A stretch of 64,000 bases of DNA from a virus, in the IMG/VR virus record IMGVR_UViG_3300044796_000141, positions 36,323 to 100,322 of that record; one strand, 5' to 3'. A program made the position numbers and the translations under genes. The first letter of the stretch is position 1. Each line of letters begins with the position of its first letter. This document shows, piece by piece, positions 18,516-28,289 of this stretch. The notes beneath the pieces are model-generated. The model had not been told where the DNA came from and did not search any database. It saw nothing but the letters and a program-made list of their open reading frames with translations.

Positions 18516-18713
18516 ATGACGCGTCCTAATAAATTCAATACTTCATTCAATCCAAAGAAAGCTTGTACAGTGTGCGCTAAAGAAGTTTCAATGCGCCGTG
18601 CCGTTAGCTTGTGCTATCCTGATATGACCTTGTGTCACCCATGCTATGATATTCATGTCGATAACCTCTATGCTCTGTCAGAGAAGTATGATAAGAGCGG
18701 GATTACAATCTAA
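18516..18713 (+). CDS. small CxxC zinc-binding protein
   Basis: MTRPNKF...CTVCAKEV...CHPCYD. Confidence 0.6.
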   Translation: MTRPNKFNTSFNPKKACTVCAKEVSMRRAVSLCYPDMTLCHPCYDIHVDNLYALSEKYDKSGITI

Positions 18714-18940
18714 TGTTTAAACCAACTAAGCCAGTATATTATATGGGTTTTGAAGGTAGACAATCAACCAGATACGAAGACAGAGATATTGTATTAACTG
18801 ATTATGCAATCATTATGGGAGCTTTCAATAAGAGATTGAAAGTTTGGTCACTTGATTCGCAAGGTAATCGCGTCATCATTAGAGGAGTTAAAAATGATTC
18901 TAATTCCAGCAAAAATAAAGTGCGACTTTCATCTTTGTAA
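18713..18940 (+). CDS. hypothetical protein
   Basis: ORF. Confidence 0.6.
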   Translation: MFKPTKPVYYMGFEGRQSTRYEDRDIVLTDYAIIMGAFNKRLKVWSLDSQGNRVIIRGVKNDSNSSKNKVRLSSL

Positions 18941-19127
18941 GAATGAAACCGTAGGCGACCTTGAACTAGATGTTGACCGCTCTAGCGGTGTAGTAGAATT
19001 GCAGCTTGATTGGCGAAGTGAAGCGCATGCGCTTGGTTGGCATGTTAGAGTATCTGAAGAGTGTTGGGCAGATGGCACAAACGATTTTAAAGTTAGAGTT
19101 ATTTGTCCTAACTGTAAGTTGAAATAA
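18894..19127 (+). CDS. hypothetical protein, C-terminal CPNC
   Basis: MILIPAKIKCDFHLCKNETVGDLELDVDRSSG... Confidence 0.5.
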   Translation: MILIPAKIKCDFHLCKNETVGDLELDVDRSSGVVELQLDWRSEAHALGWHVRVSEECWADGTNDFKVRVICPNCKLK

Positions 19128-19128
19128 T

Positions 19129-19377
19129 ATGAATATTTTATTGTTATCTTTGTTGGTATCGCACGCCCCTATGAATATGGGTCGCAAATCCTCTGCAAGC
19201 TTTACTGTGACTTGTACTGTTGTGCGACCAATGCGCGCTATCTTTAGCCAAACAGGTATTACAATCACAGAGAATACCAAAAAAACTGTCGTATCCAGTA
19301 AAGATAGTTCCTTTACATATGATGGTGGCAATGATATTCCTGAGCCTGTTGTTATAGATGGCACCGTATCCTTTTAA
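19129..19377 (+). CDS. hypothetical protein with signal-like N-terminus
   Basis: ORF. Confidence 0.5.
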   Translation: MNILLLSLLVSHAPMNMGRKSSASFTVTCTVVRPMRAIFSQTGITITENTKKTVVSSKDSSFTYDGGNDIPEPVVIDGTVSF

Positions 19378-19388
19378 ATGGAGCATAT

Positions 19389-19601
19389 ATGAATTCAGTT
19401 CAGTTTATCAATCAACTCTTAAAAGATATTAAAGAAATTTCTACAGAAGACTTGTGGGATTTGTATAAAGATTGTAATTTTATTGCCAATACAAATGATT
19501 CTGATGACCCTAGTTCACGCGCATACGATAACGAAGTTACTAATCTATGTAAAGCTTTGATTAAATTTAAAGAAATTCAAGCTATTAGGAATGCTAAGTG
19601 A
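19389..19601 (+). CDS. hypothetical protein
   Basis: ORF. Confidence 0.6.
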   Translation: MNSVQFINQLLKDIKEISTEDLWDLYKDCNFIANTNDSDDPSSRAYDNEVTNLCKALIKFKEIQAIRNAK

Positions 19602-19948
19602 AGCCGCCAACTCCTTCAGATAAAGAACAGGCAATGACCGATGCTTTTACTGAAGCTGTTAAAGAAGCAATCGCTGCGCACCATAAAGCTGGACGCTCTG
19701 TACCTGTGCGCGTTAATGGAAAATTAACTTGGATTGGACCTAGTATGAACGAAAATGAATTTATAGTATCTGTTCAAAAGCATCTTGAAGCTATGGATGA
19801 GCTTAGCAAAAAGAAAAATGAATCATTTGATTCTATTCTAAAGTCTTTTGATTCTGTTGTTCGGAGTTTTTATAAGATTCTTGCTTGCGTTCCGGTTGCA
19901 TTTGTTCTAGGATTGTGTTGGGGCTATGCTATATGGGGCAAGAAATGA
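19598..19948 (+). CDS. hypothetical protein with C-terminal TM segment
   Basis: ORF; ILACVPVAFVLGLCWGYAIW. Confidence 0.6.
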   Translation: MKPPTPSDKEQAMTDAFTEAVKEAIAAHHKAGRSVPVRVNGKLTWIGPSMNENEFIVSVQKHLEAMDELSKKKNESFDSILKSFDSVVRSFYKILACVPVAFVLGLCWGYAIWGKK

Positions 19949-20115
19949 CAATCAAAGAATATAAAAAAGAATTAATTAAAGAGTTTACAGATAAGAGAAA
20001 CTATGCGCAAAAAAAAGCATTAGAGGAAACTGATGCTGATAGCTATGCTGCCGCTTCATATCGTGGTGAAGCTTGGGGTTATGAAAAGGTCATTGAAAGG
20101 TTGCATCGACCATGA
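19945..20115 (+). CDS. hypothetical protein
   Basis: MTIKEYKKELIKEFTDKRNYAQKK... Confidence 0.55.
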   Translation: MTIKEYKKELIKEFTDKRNYAQKKALEETDADSYAAASYRGEAWGYEKVIERLHRP

Positions 20116-20339
20116 AAAAAGATTGGGCAGATAAACAGGCTTATCGTTATTTTCCGCACGCACCTAGCTTGTGTGATGAATTGGCAAAAGCTTTTCGTGA
20201 TTGCAAATTTAAAGGATACAAAGAAGGCATCAAAGACTATAAAGAAACAGAACAAAAGCTTGCGTATGCTCGTGGCCACGAAGCTGGTTATGTAGCTGGA
20301 ACACAAGATACATTAGATAGGCGATGGAATGAGCGCTGA
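20112..20339 (+). CDS. hypothetical protein
   Basis: ATGA-coupled ORF. Confidence 0.6.
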   Translation: MKKDWADKQAYRYFPHAPSLCDELAKAFRDCKFKGYKEGIKDYKETEQKLAYARGHEAGYVAGTQDTLDRRWNER

Positions 20340-20628
20340 TAACGGTATCTATATTCTTGTCACTAAAGGTGTAGTCGGTACAGCACTCTATGAATACCGT
20401 GTAGTTGAAGCGGGCGCTATTGAAAATATCTTTGCCGAAGATAAGCACTTTGATGCTAAGATTGGTTGGAATACACAACAGATTAAGAATTACTTTGGTA
20501 AGTGTCAAGTCTTCTTTGATGACTTTACTCCAATGAAGTATGCTTTTAATATAGAAAAAGAAACAGGATGGACTGAATATGGAATTAATTATCTCAGTCA
20601 GTTTAAGGAATATCCATTCCCAAAATAA
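20329..20628 (+). CDS. phage protein MSADNGIYIL family
   Basis: MSADNGIYILVTK N-terminus is frequent in phage hypothetical proteins. Confidence 0.65.
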   Translation: MSADNGIYILVTKGVVGTALYEYRVVEAGAIENIFAEDKHFDAKIGWNTQQIKNYFGKCQVFFDDFTPMKYAFNIEKETGWTEYGINYLSQFKEYPFPK

Positions 20629-20750
20629 AATGAATAGGACTTGGCAAATCTTTCTAGCGTGGCTAACTGGCAATCTAATCGGACTGATAATTCTGATGTC
20701 CGCTATTCTATTCCAGTCTACCATGATTTACTTTTTCTATAGGTGATAAT

Positions 20751-20987
20751 ATGAGCGCACTGTATCATGTCACAACTAAGAAGAAATTAGCAAAGTATTT
20801 GCAGCATGGTTACATTCAACCTCCCGTTAGAGCATGGAAGTTTATTGCTAGTGCCGAGCGGTTTAGTAAACAAACAGGTAGACGTTTAATAATTCGATTA
20901 GTTAAAGATAAAACCTTTGTTCCATTTGAAGGACACAGAGGCGAAGCATTAATCTCTTTCAATCCCTACAATCTCAAAGGACTATAA
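20751..20987 (+). CDS. small protein with possible ART-like N-terminus (LYHVTTKKKL)
   Basis: ORF; YHVTTKKKLAKYLQHGYIQP motif. Confidence 0.5.
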   Translation: MSALYHVTTKKKLAKYLQHGYIQPPVRAWKFIASAERFSKQTGRRLIIRLVKDKTFVPFEGHRGEALISFNPYNLKGL

Positions 20988-20988
20988 G

Positions 20989-21387
20989 ATGAAGCGCAAT
21001 GAAAATGATAAGTTGGTTGCTAAGCATTTCCGCGAAAAGATGCCTGCTGATATTCAGCGCCTTGCCAACCTCGCTTATTGCGACCTTTACTTTGGGCCAT
21101 TGCAGGGATGCGATGTCTGCGGGGCGGACTACACTAGTGACTGTAGCTGTGACGTGCGCTGGCCAGGCTTTAAAGCAGCGGTGAAACGCGTTGGTGAGTG
21201 GGCCGACGCGGAACTAAGTGATGTTTGGCTTGACGCATTCTGTGGACAAGTGTTAGAGAGTGAACCACAAGGCGAGATTGACGTTGAGACTCAAGAATAC
21301 ATTGAACCTAATTTTGAATACGTTTACCACTATGAAACGCGCGATGTGAAGCGCGTTATCTTTGGCGAGGTCGCCGAATACATTTAA
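20989..21387 (+). CDS. hypothetical protein
   Basis: ORF; CDVCGADYTSDCSC. Confidence 0.65.
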   Translation: MKRNENDKLVAKHFREKMPADIQRLANLAYCDLYFGPLQGCDVCGADYTSDCSCDVRWPGFKAAVKRVGEWADAELSDVWLDAFCGQVLESEPQGEIDVETQEYIEPNFEYVYHYETRDVKRVIFGEVAEYI

Positions 21388-21397
21388 GGAGTTTAAT

Positions 21398-21628
21398 ATG
21401 GATACGCCGATTACAAAGCTTTTGATTGCACGCTATAAGAATAGCGACCTCAAGAAAAGTAGTCAATGGCTCGCCAACCTTTTCTATGCTACTAACCAAA
21501 ACGAAGCAAATACTCTCACTGACTATCTTAAATATGTAGAATCAGCTAATGACCTTTGCTTGATGGACACCGAAAAAAATCTTAAGGTATTGTTGTGGGC
21601 AGATACACTTCCAAAGGAAACAAAATGA
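21398..21628 (+). CDS. hypothetical protein
   Basis: MDTPITKLLIARYKNSD... Confidence 0.6.
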   Translation: MDTPITKLLIARYKNSDLKKSSQWLANLFYATNQNEANTLTDYLKYVESANDLCLMDTEKNLKVLLWADTLPKETK

Positions 21629-22107
21629 AAAATATTTTTATCTTTAGTTTTATGATTGCTTGTGGCGCGCAAATTGGTCCGTCTGGACCTGCTGGCAAAA
21701 ATGGTTCTAATGGTATCAACGGAACAAACGGTAAAGACGGGAGCAATGCTACGGCTGCATTTACTGGCTCTGCACATTGTGGTGGCGCCCTTGAAAATAC
21801 CTATCTTCAATTTACTTATAGTGTTGATGTTGATGGTAGTGGAAATATTTTTGCAACTGCTGGCGTGTATGGTAATGTCGCTGAATATGGTGCGAGCGCA
21901 AATTATGCTGCTACACAAAACGGAGCACAAACAGCAGCAGTTATTTTTACTTATGATATTGTTCCACCTGCTGATTATGGATTTTGGACCATCTCTCTTG
22001 ATAGAGAAACATTAATTACTACAATTCTTTATCAAGATGTAGACAATACAACTGGACAATCTGTGTGGACTATGCAACGCAATCAATGTGTAATTAACGC
22101 TTATTGA
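21625..22107 (+). CDS. lipoprotein with short collagen-like segment
   Basis: MKNIFIFSFMIAC lipobox; GPSGPAGKNGSNGINGTNGKDG. Confidence 0.7.
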   Translation: MKNIFIFSFMIACGAQIGPSGPAGKNGSNGINGTNGKDGSNATAAFTGSAHCGGALENTYLQFTYSVDVDGSGNIFATAGVYGNVAEYGASANYAATQNGAQTAAVIFTYDIVPPADYGFWTISLDRETLITTILYQDVDNTTGQSVWTMQRNQCVINAY

Positions 22108-22116
22108 GGAATTAAT

Positions 22117-22347
22117 ATGAAACAATCTATTGAAGAATATCTTGCCAACGGCGGCGCAATTCAACGCATTCACTACAAGACATTTGAGCAAGTAAGCCAA
22201 GTCCCTTCACCGGCTGGTATGCGCGGAGTCATTAACGATGGACGCACAACGGCTTATCACGCGCGTCTAGCTGGTATCGCTAGCGGTGCAGCCCGTAGAC
22301 TAAAGTCAGAATTACTTGAAAAGAAAGAATCATTGGAAGGAAATTAA
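22117..22347 (+). CDS. hypothetical protein
   Basis: ORF. Confidence 0.6.
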   Translation: MKQSIEEYLANGGAIQRIHYKTFEQVSQVPSPAGMRGVINDGRTTAYHARLAGIASGAARRLKSELLEKKESLEGN

Positions 22348-22348
22348 A

Positions 22349-22597
22349 ATGAAAGAAACAGATTATAAAAAAGCATTTGAAGAGTTGCAAGTTAATCTTG
22401 AAGAGCTTACTGAATGGGCTAAGAAAGATACCAGCCGTAGCAGCGAGTGGAAGCAAGGCTATGTGCATATCGCCAAGCAAGTCATTGACGTTTGCAAGCG
22501 CACGCTAGGCACTGCCACGCCACCTGCCCCAGTAGCTAAGCCTGCACCTATTGCCAAGGTCATCGCGTTTCGTAAACACACCTATAAGGCGGACTAA
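22349..22597 (+). CDS. hypothetical protein
   Basis: MKETDYKKAFEELQVNLEELTEWAKK... Confidence 0.6.
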   Translation: MKETDYKKAFEELQVNLEELTEWAKKDTSRSSEWKQGYVHIAKQVIDVCKRTLGTATPPAPVAKPAPIAKVIAFRKHTYKAD

Positions 22598-22936
22598 ATG
22601 GACTTCAAGCATTGCGACGATTACATTGATGATGAGACACAACCAGAATGTTTGCGAATGGCATTAGCCTATATGCGTCTGCCTGCCAGCGACTTCATTG
22701 AGATTACTAACGGACCGCAATTGTACGCAGAGTATAAAGGAACAGGGTGTCAAGTTAAAGTTGTGTTTGCGAGTCGATTAGGTGACGTAGGTATTGGCGG
22801 ACAAAACGCTGAATCTTATAGTGAAAGAGTTTCATTAAGCAGCTTGTTGAATTTCTCAGATGAGCCTTTGGATTTGCCGTGGTTTAATTTTAATCCTTTT
22901 CGAGCGTCAAGTAAACGAAGGGTAGCATTCCGATGA
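22598..22936 (+). CDS. hypothetical protein
   Basis: ORF. Confidence 0.6.
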   Translation: MDFKHCDDYIDDETQPECLRMALAYMRLPASDFIEITNGPQLYAEYKGTGCQVKVVFASRLGDVGIGGQNAESYSERVSLSSLLNFSDEPLDLPWFNFNPFRASSKRRVAFR

Positions 22937-23163
22937 ATAAAACTATCGAAGAATATCTAAAAGGTTTTGGTGGCAAGCCGCGCGACCCTAATCGCATCTA
23001 TCCAATTATGCTTAAGCTTACAGAACTGTGGGCTAACAATCCTGACTTGCGTTTCTGGCAATTGCTTTCAATGCTCAATCCTCACAAGAATGATTTATTC
23101 TATACCGAAGATGATTGGACATTGGCTCGCCTAGAGCAATTGCTTATCGATGGCAAAGTTTAA
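22933..23163 (+). CDS. phage hypothetical protein (DPNRIxPIxxKLxELWxxNPDLRFxQLL)
   Basis: RDPNRIYPIMLKLTELWANNPDLRFWQLL resembles a common phage/bacterial family. Confidence 0.65.
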   Translation: MNKTIEEYLKGFGGKPRDPNRIYPIMLKLTELWANNPDLRFWQLLSMLNPHKNDLFYTEDDWTLARLEQLLIDGKV

Positions 23164-23195
23164 TCGTACTGCAAAAGTTTAAAAGGTGGTTTTAT

Positions 23196-23465
23196 ATGCG
23201 CTATTCAGACCAAGGTTATCAATTCGACGCTCCACCTCCCACGTCGGAAAGAAAGTTCTTGACTATAGAGACGATGTGTGGTGTATACCGGGCAGGTACC
23301 CGAGATGACCTATTGACACACGCACTTGACCTCTTGACTTTGCGCGCGGTCTGTAATAGCGTCAGAGCTGATGCATTGGCGGGCATTCATTTTCCTGAAG
23401 CGTTTGAAGAACCGACTTGTGATAAATGTTTTAATATTTTAGTTAGATTAAAAGCAATCAAATAA
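23196..23465 (+). CDS. hypothetical protein
   Basis: MRYSDQGYQFDAPPPTSERKFLTIETMCGVYRAGTRDD. Confidence 0.55.
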   Translation: MRYSDQGYQFDAPPPTSERKFLTIETMCGVYRAGTRDDLLTHALDLLTLRAVCNSVRADALAGIHFPEAFEEPTCDKCFNILVRLKAIK

Positions 23466-23467
23466 AG

Positions 23468-24004
23468 GTGGAGCTTATGCTGTTATTGATAATGTCTCTC
23501 TCTGTTACGCAAGAATGTACTGTCGTTCAAGAATGGAATAAAGAAGTTACTCTTAAGGCTATTCGGATTATTGAGTCAGGCGATGGCAAGAATGTAGACC
23601 ACGAAGTTATTACTCGCGGTATCGATACTGGAACTAAAGCTTTTGGAAAATATGGCTTGACAATCTCTCTCATTAAGGATGTAGTGTTTCATAGTCCGCG
23701 CCTTATGAAGAAGCATGCGACTGTATTAGATATGAATAACGAAGAACTTAATCAATATATGTCATATAACCACGAACTAGAAGAAGAGGTTGCTTCTCGC
23801 TTCTATGACAGAATTGTGAAAGAAGTTGGCGCATCTAATCCCGACCTTATCTATTTGTGCTGGCTAAATGGTATTGTCGGCGCTCAGCAGTATCTTACAA
23901 AGCATGAGCTTAAAGACCATGCTATTGCCAACAAAGTATTAATAAGCTATTATAAGGAAATGAAATACGATGAAAAAACCTACGAAGCTTCAACCACTAA
24001 CTAA
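23468..24004 (+). CDS. hypothetical exported protein
   Basis: N-terminal signal-like MLLLIMSLSVTQ. Confidence 0.6.
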   Translation: MELMLLLIMSLSVTQECTVVQEWNKEVTLKAIRIIESGDGKNVDHEVITRGIDTGTKAFGKYGLTISLIKDVVFHSPRLMKKHATVLDMNNEELNQYMSYNHELEEEVASRFYDRIVKEVGASNPDLIYLCWLNGIVGAQQYLTKHELKDHAIANKVLISYYKEMKYDEKTYEASTTN

Positions 24005-24164
24005 ACCAAAAACTTTAAGTGAAGCAGTTGCTTTAGTTAAAGAATGTAGAAAAGTTCTTGACGATGTATCGCATGGACTTGGCGGTGCTGGTTTAGCTAA
24101 AGAAGCAAAGACTGCGTTTGATATTGTTATTAAAGCTGCTCAAAAAAACAAAAAGGTTAAATAA
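23970..24164 (+). CDS. hypothetical protein
   Basis: ORF. Confidence 0.55.
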   Translation: MKKPTKLQPLTKPKTLSEAVALVKECRKVLDDVSHGLGGAGLAKEAKTAFDIVIKAAQKNKKVK

Positions 24165-24379
24165 TGACTCAATCTAATCAAGAAAAGATTCGTATTGCAC
24201 GCATGCGTCTAGCTACTGTTCGTGGCAGCATTGCCTGGCATGTTGATATGGCGCGATGTCTAAAAGATATTGGTCTTGAAAAAGAATATATTGCCGAAGG
24301 TGTAATGATTCGGGAAGCAACGCAAGAAATGATGAATCTTATTAAATTCATTTCTTACGCCAATAAGGAAACTGCTTAG
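24164..24379 (+). CDS. hypothetical protein
   Basis: ORF. Confidence 0.55.
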   Translation: MTQSNQEKIRIARMRLATVRGSIAWHVDMARCLKDIGLEKEYIAEGVMIREATQEMMNLIKFISYANKETA

Positions 24380-24661
24380 ATGAATGATTTAGAAACATAT
24401 AATATTCTAATGAATATTAAAAATTTATTGACGAATGGGACATTTGACCAGGCTGTTAATTATTTTAATTCACTAGATGACAACGCTCCCAATAAAAAAA
24501 TCAAAAGACTTTTTGTAAAGCTTGAAGATTATGTAAAGCTTATCAACGAAGAGATTGAGCAAGACAAACAAAACACATTCTTACTTGGTCAACAAAAAGC
24601 CTTTGAAGATGTTCTTTATATGTTTGAAGCAATGTTTGAAAAGGAAATTAAAGATGCGTAA
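24380..24661 (+). CDS. hypothetical protein
   Basis: ORF. Confidence 0.6.
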   Translation: MNDLETYNILMNIKNLLTNGTFDQAVNYFNSLDDNAPNKKIKRLFVKLEDYVKLINEEIEQDKQNTFLLGQQKAFEDVLYMFEAMFEKEIKDA

Positions 24662-24836
24662 ATGTATTCTTTGTAATGAATTGACAAATGGTTCTATTGG
24701 AGCCGCTGGATATGCATGGAGTTTCATTTGCCAGCCCTGTAAAGATAAAGAAGATAGTGCATTAGCTGACCGTATGCGCGGAGAGTGCTTGCTATTTAAT
24801 AAGGTTTTTGATAAGATTTTTAAGGAAGCAAAATGA
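24654..24836 (+). CDS. small CxxC protein
   Basis: MRKCILCNELTNGSIGAAGYAWSFICQPCKDK. Confidence 0.6.
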   Translation: MRKCILCNELTNGSIGAAGYAWSFICQPCKDKEDSALADRMRGECLLFNKVFDKIFKEAK

Positions 24837-25141
24837 ATTACACTGAAGCTTATGTGCCTTGCGCTTGTCGCAGTCCACAACATTTGATAGTTCTTCAAAA
24901 GTTTGATGATAATGAGCGATATATAAGCTTTCAGCTCTCACCATTTCTTCCCTTTTGGCAAAGAGTTATTGCAATCTTTAAGTATCTTACTCAACCAAGA
25001 CAATCAGTTATTTGGGATGAAGTTATTTTAGATGATAAAGCTTTATATGATTTTCGTCTTTGGTTAACCGATAATAAAGTTGCTGTTGTGCCGCCGACCG
25101 AAGAAGCTCCAGAACCAATTAAAACTTCAGAACAGGAGTAA
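24833..25141 (+). CDS. hypothetical protein
   Basis: ORF. Confidence 0.6.
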   Translation: MNYTEAYVPCACRSPQHLIVLQKFDDNERYISFQLSPFLPFWQRVIAIFKYLTQPRQSVIWDEVILDDKALYDFRLWLTDNKVAVVPPTEEAPEPIKTSEQE

Positions 25142-25144
25142 ATT

Positions 25145-25702
25145 ATGAGTGATGAAAAAGTTGATAAACTTCTTGAAGAAGTACAAAATATAATTGATAA
25201 ACGCGACCCAGAAGTAGAAAAAATTATGGCAGAATTTAAAGCCAAAGATGAAGAGCGTGCACGCATTCGTAAACTTCCTATTGCCGGCAAAGACGAATGG
25301 GATGAAGTTGGTACAATTGGTGTTGATGCCGGTTTGTGTTGGGTAGGCGACCCCTGCTATATCATTCACCATAATGACGATGATAAGGGAGACCAAAATA
25401 AAGAACTTGGTAAAAATTGGCATGAGTTTTGTGATAGTCTTTGGAATAAGGAAGAAGTAGCCGCCAAAGCAATGCACGATAAGGGCTTTCAAGGGGCGCC
25501 GGCTGTTCAATTTAATTATGATTTAGGGCATCCAGGTTTAGGCGTTTGTGTCCAATCAGGATATGGCGACGGTTCTTATCCTGTTTATGTTAGACGCAAT
25601 CATGAAGGTAGAATCATTGAGCTTAAGGTTGTCTTTGCCGATGCAGATGACCCAGGCTTTGGCTTTGGCGATGACGAGCCAGAAGAATGCGATTGTGAAT
25701 AA
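25145..25702 (+). CDS. phage protein, GVDAGLCWVGDPCY family
   Basis: VDAGLCWVGDPCYIIH...GDGSYPVYV motifs typical of a widespread family. Confidence 0.7.
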   Translation: MSDEKVDKLLEEVQNIIDKRDPEVEKIMAEFKAKDEERARIRKLPIAGKDEWDEVGTIGVDAGLCWVGDPCYIIHHNDDDKGDQNKELGKNWHEFCDSLWNKEEVAAKAMHDKGFQGAPAVQFNYDLGHPGLGVCVQSGYGDGSYPVYVRRNHEGRIIELKVVFADADDPGFGFGDDEPEECDCE

Positions 25703-25703
25703 T

Positions 25704-25907
25704 ATGAATGAAGATACGTGGGAAGAATATGGCCGCGATTTTTATGAATATAAAGAAAAAGTTAAAGAACTTGAAGCTCGCACATTAAAAGCTATTTCTG
25801 AATTGAATAAGCTGCGCGACAAATCACAAGCTCACGAATGGATGCGTCTACAAGGCAAAGCAGAAGGTGTAGATTTAGTCTTGCAATATATTAGGGAAAT
25901 GCTTTGA
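25704..25907 (+). CDS. hypothetical coiled-coil protein
   Basis: MNEDTWEEYGRDFYEYKEKVKELE... Confidence 0.6.
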   Translation: MNEDTWEEYGRDFYEYKEKVKELEARTLKAISELNKLRDKSQAHEWMRLQGKAEGVDLVLQYIREML

Positions 25908-26117
25908 TTAAGCTGTTTTTTATAAAGGTTGCATTCTGGCAACCACGCCCATATATTGGATTTGCTAAAGACGGGCCAGTATCATGGTGGTTTTACAGCT
26001 ACTTTCCTAATTGCGAAACAAACCAATCAGACGAAACTTCACTAGTAGAACAAAACAAATTAGGTAAACTTTGGTTTGAATTCTGGTGGAAACTCGCAAC
26101 CATTATAAGGACTTAAT

Positions 26118-26309
26118 ATGGAAGAAAAAGAACAAGTCTTTGATGCAATTTATAGAGGTATCAATGCATTTCCTCATTTGCGCGCCGGACAAATTATTGA
26201 CAATGCCTGCTACCTTGCTGGTAAACGCCCTGGTACAATCTCAAACAAAGACTTGACACTCGCCTTGATTGATTATATTAAAACCTACAAACCGAAAGAA
26301 AAGAAATGA
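26118..26309 (+). CDS. hypothetical protein
   Basis: ORF. Confidence 0.6.
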   Translation: MEEKEQVFDAIYRGINAFPHLRAGQIIDNACYLAGKRPGTISNKDLTLALIDYIKTYKPKEKK

Positions 26310-26533
26310 TTAACGCACGGAAATACCTGTTTCAGGCTGCTGAGAAACTTGAGAATAAGCCCAAAAGCGGCGTAAATATCGACATTGATACTGCCACCTT
26401 TGCCGTCGAAAAGGCGCGGGAAGAGGCTTTAGAACTAGCTACGCGAGCAGTTTATAAGCTTGCAACTTGCCCAATTACATTCAGCTACGAAGAAATGTTA
26501 AGCGTTGCTCGCGAAGCCGCTGGCCTTAAATAA
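26306..26533 (+). CDS. hypothetical protein
   Basis: ORF. Confidence 0.6.
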   Translation: MINARKYLFQAAEKLENKPKSGVNIDIDTATFAVEKAREEALELATRAVYKLATCPITFSYEEMLSVAREAAGLK

Positions 26534-26542
26534 GGAAATAGT

Positions 26543-26776
26543 ATGACTGAATATTATATTCGATATCTTGTAAAGGGACAAAAGTTTATTACTCAGCATT
26601 TTACTGGTATCAACGCATACGAACATGCCGTAACCAGTGCGCAAAAGATTGCTGAAGACAACAAAGGAACTTCAGTTTATTTTGGTAGTAAAGATTGTCA
26701 TTCATTGGATGAAAAGCGGTTCTGCTGGGATAATGGTTATTGGAAGCGCGTAGTTGAATATTGCTGTAATGATTAA
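26543..26776 (+). CDS. hypothetical protein
   Basis: ORF. Confidence 0.6.
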   Translation: MTEYYIRYLVKGQKFITQHFTGINAYEHAVTSAQKIAEDNKGTSVYFGSKDCHSLDEKRFCWDNGYWKRVVEYCCND

Positions 26777-27259
26777 AAGGAATTAATATGCTTAGATTTT
26801 TAGTTTCTTGGAAGTTTTTAGTTTTGTATATGGCTTTTGGCTTGTCTGTTGTGGTCTACAAGGCGCACCAAAGAGCGCCAGGAAGCACACCAGCGAAGCG
26901 TCATGGTAGAGCCTGCTAGCCAGCCTTCACCTGGTTATTTGTTTGACATTTCTCTCGGTACCGTTTATTGTGGCAACTACGCAGAAACTAGTTGCGGTAT
27001 TAAATTGTGGAATTGTGGTAGTGAAGCAGTTTATTATTGCCAACTAAATGTTCGCAAAAGAGATAGAGATTAAAAATGCAACCATGCACTGGCGGGAAAT
27101 ATACAGTTTACGCAATTGGTAGATTTCTTTTTTCATTTTATTTGTTTGATAAAACTCTTACAATATTGCCAGCAATTGAGTTGTGTTGGGATAAAAAGAA
27201 TTTTAATCAATATTTAGATATTTCTTTTTTAAATTTCTCTTTTGTAATAGAGGTCGAAG

Positions 27260-27457
27260 ATGAATGAAATTCTTCCAGATTGTATCAAGTGTAAACTTCC
27301 TATTACAAAGGAAGATGTTCAAATGTATGAAAAACTTAAACCTAATCCAATTAAGTATCCTAAATACATTCCACAAAAATATCCAAAAGTTTGTGCCGTC
27401 TGCGTTTATTACGCAATTATGCACGATATTAAAGAAGATGTTGAGCATGAGCAATGA
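27260..27457 (+). CDS. small CxxC protein
   Basis: LPDCIKCKLP...VCAVC. Confidence 0.6.
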   Translation: MNEILPDCIKCKLPITKEDVQMYEKLKPNPIKYPKYIPQKYPKVCAVCVYYAIMHDIKEDVEHEQ

Positions 27458-27623
27458 AAGTACATATTTTATATTTTGAATTACCGCGCAGTGATTATGC
27501 TTGCATTATGAGTGTTCATGCTACAAAAGAGTTAGCAGAAAAAGAATTAAATAAACGCGTTGCTGCCAATCCAAATTATGAAAAAGCTGAATGGTTTACT
27601 ATAACAGAATGGGAAGTTGAGCA

Positions 27624-27953
27624 ATGAAATATCTATTCTTACTATCGCTAATGGCTTGCGCTCCATTGGATGGTATTGATGAAGTGATTGACCTGCGAAA
27701 TAGAGCTTTTCGCGAAGGTACAGCGCTGCGTCTAAAAGATGGTAGACTCATTGCCGTTCAAGTTATTACTATGCCAGTAGGCCAAGATGGTAAGTGTGGA
27801 GAATGGAAGGCACCTGATAAAATCATTTTATTTAATGATTCTACTCGTTGCAGCAGATTAGAATTAATGCTTCAACATGAGTTAGGACATGCGTATGGAT
27901 TGCCTCATACGTTAACTGGCATTATGGCGCCGGTACCAAACGAGGAACCTTAA
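27624..27953 (+). CDS. lipoprotein metzincin-like metalloprotease
   Basis: MKYLFLLSLMAC lipobox; QHELGHAYGLPHTLTGIMAP (HExxHxxGxxH + Met). Confidence 0.8.
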   Translation: MKYLFLLSLMACAPLDGIDEVIDLRNRAFREGTALRLKDGRLIAVQVITMPVGQDGKCGEWKAPDKIILFNDSTRCSRLELMLQHELGHAYGLPHTLTGIMAPVPNEEP

Positions 27954-27961
27954 ATATCTTG

Positions 27962-28288
27962 ATGAGTGAATTTGACAAGCTATTTATTTACTATTCTGCT
28001 CTAGTTTTTGAAGCTTTTATAGCTTGGCATTTAGTATATGTAATTTTGAAATGGAAAAATTTTATGCAACCTTTAATTAAAGCTCTTAATTTTGTATTTG
28101 GTAATCCTTACGTTTATTATTTCTATGCAGCTCTCTCTGCAATCAATATCTATTTTGCACTAGAGGTTATGTCAGTCAATAGAGACTTGGGTACCAAGTG
28201 GGGTATTATTAATACTTTGTGCTTTGTTTGGTTCATTTATCGTGCGCGCCAAATCAAAGCACAAAGAGAATTAAAGAAGGGTCGCTAA
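27962..28288 (+). CDS. membrane protein
   Basis: Multiple hydrophobic segments. Confidence 0.65.
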   Translation: MSEFDKLFIYYSALVFEAFIAWHLVYVILKWKNFMQPLIKALNFVFGNPYVYYFYAALSAINIYFALEVMSVNRDLGTKWGIINTLCFVWFIYRARQIKAQRELKKGR

Positions 28289-28289
28289 T

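Noticed and set aside
20230-20724. Minus-strand 164-aa ORF
   Set aside because: Antisense to coupled plus-strand genes; no motifs or SD evident.
21523-21930. Minus-strand 135-aa ORF
   Set aside because: Antisense shadow of the lipoprotein gene 21625..22107.
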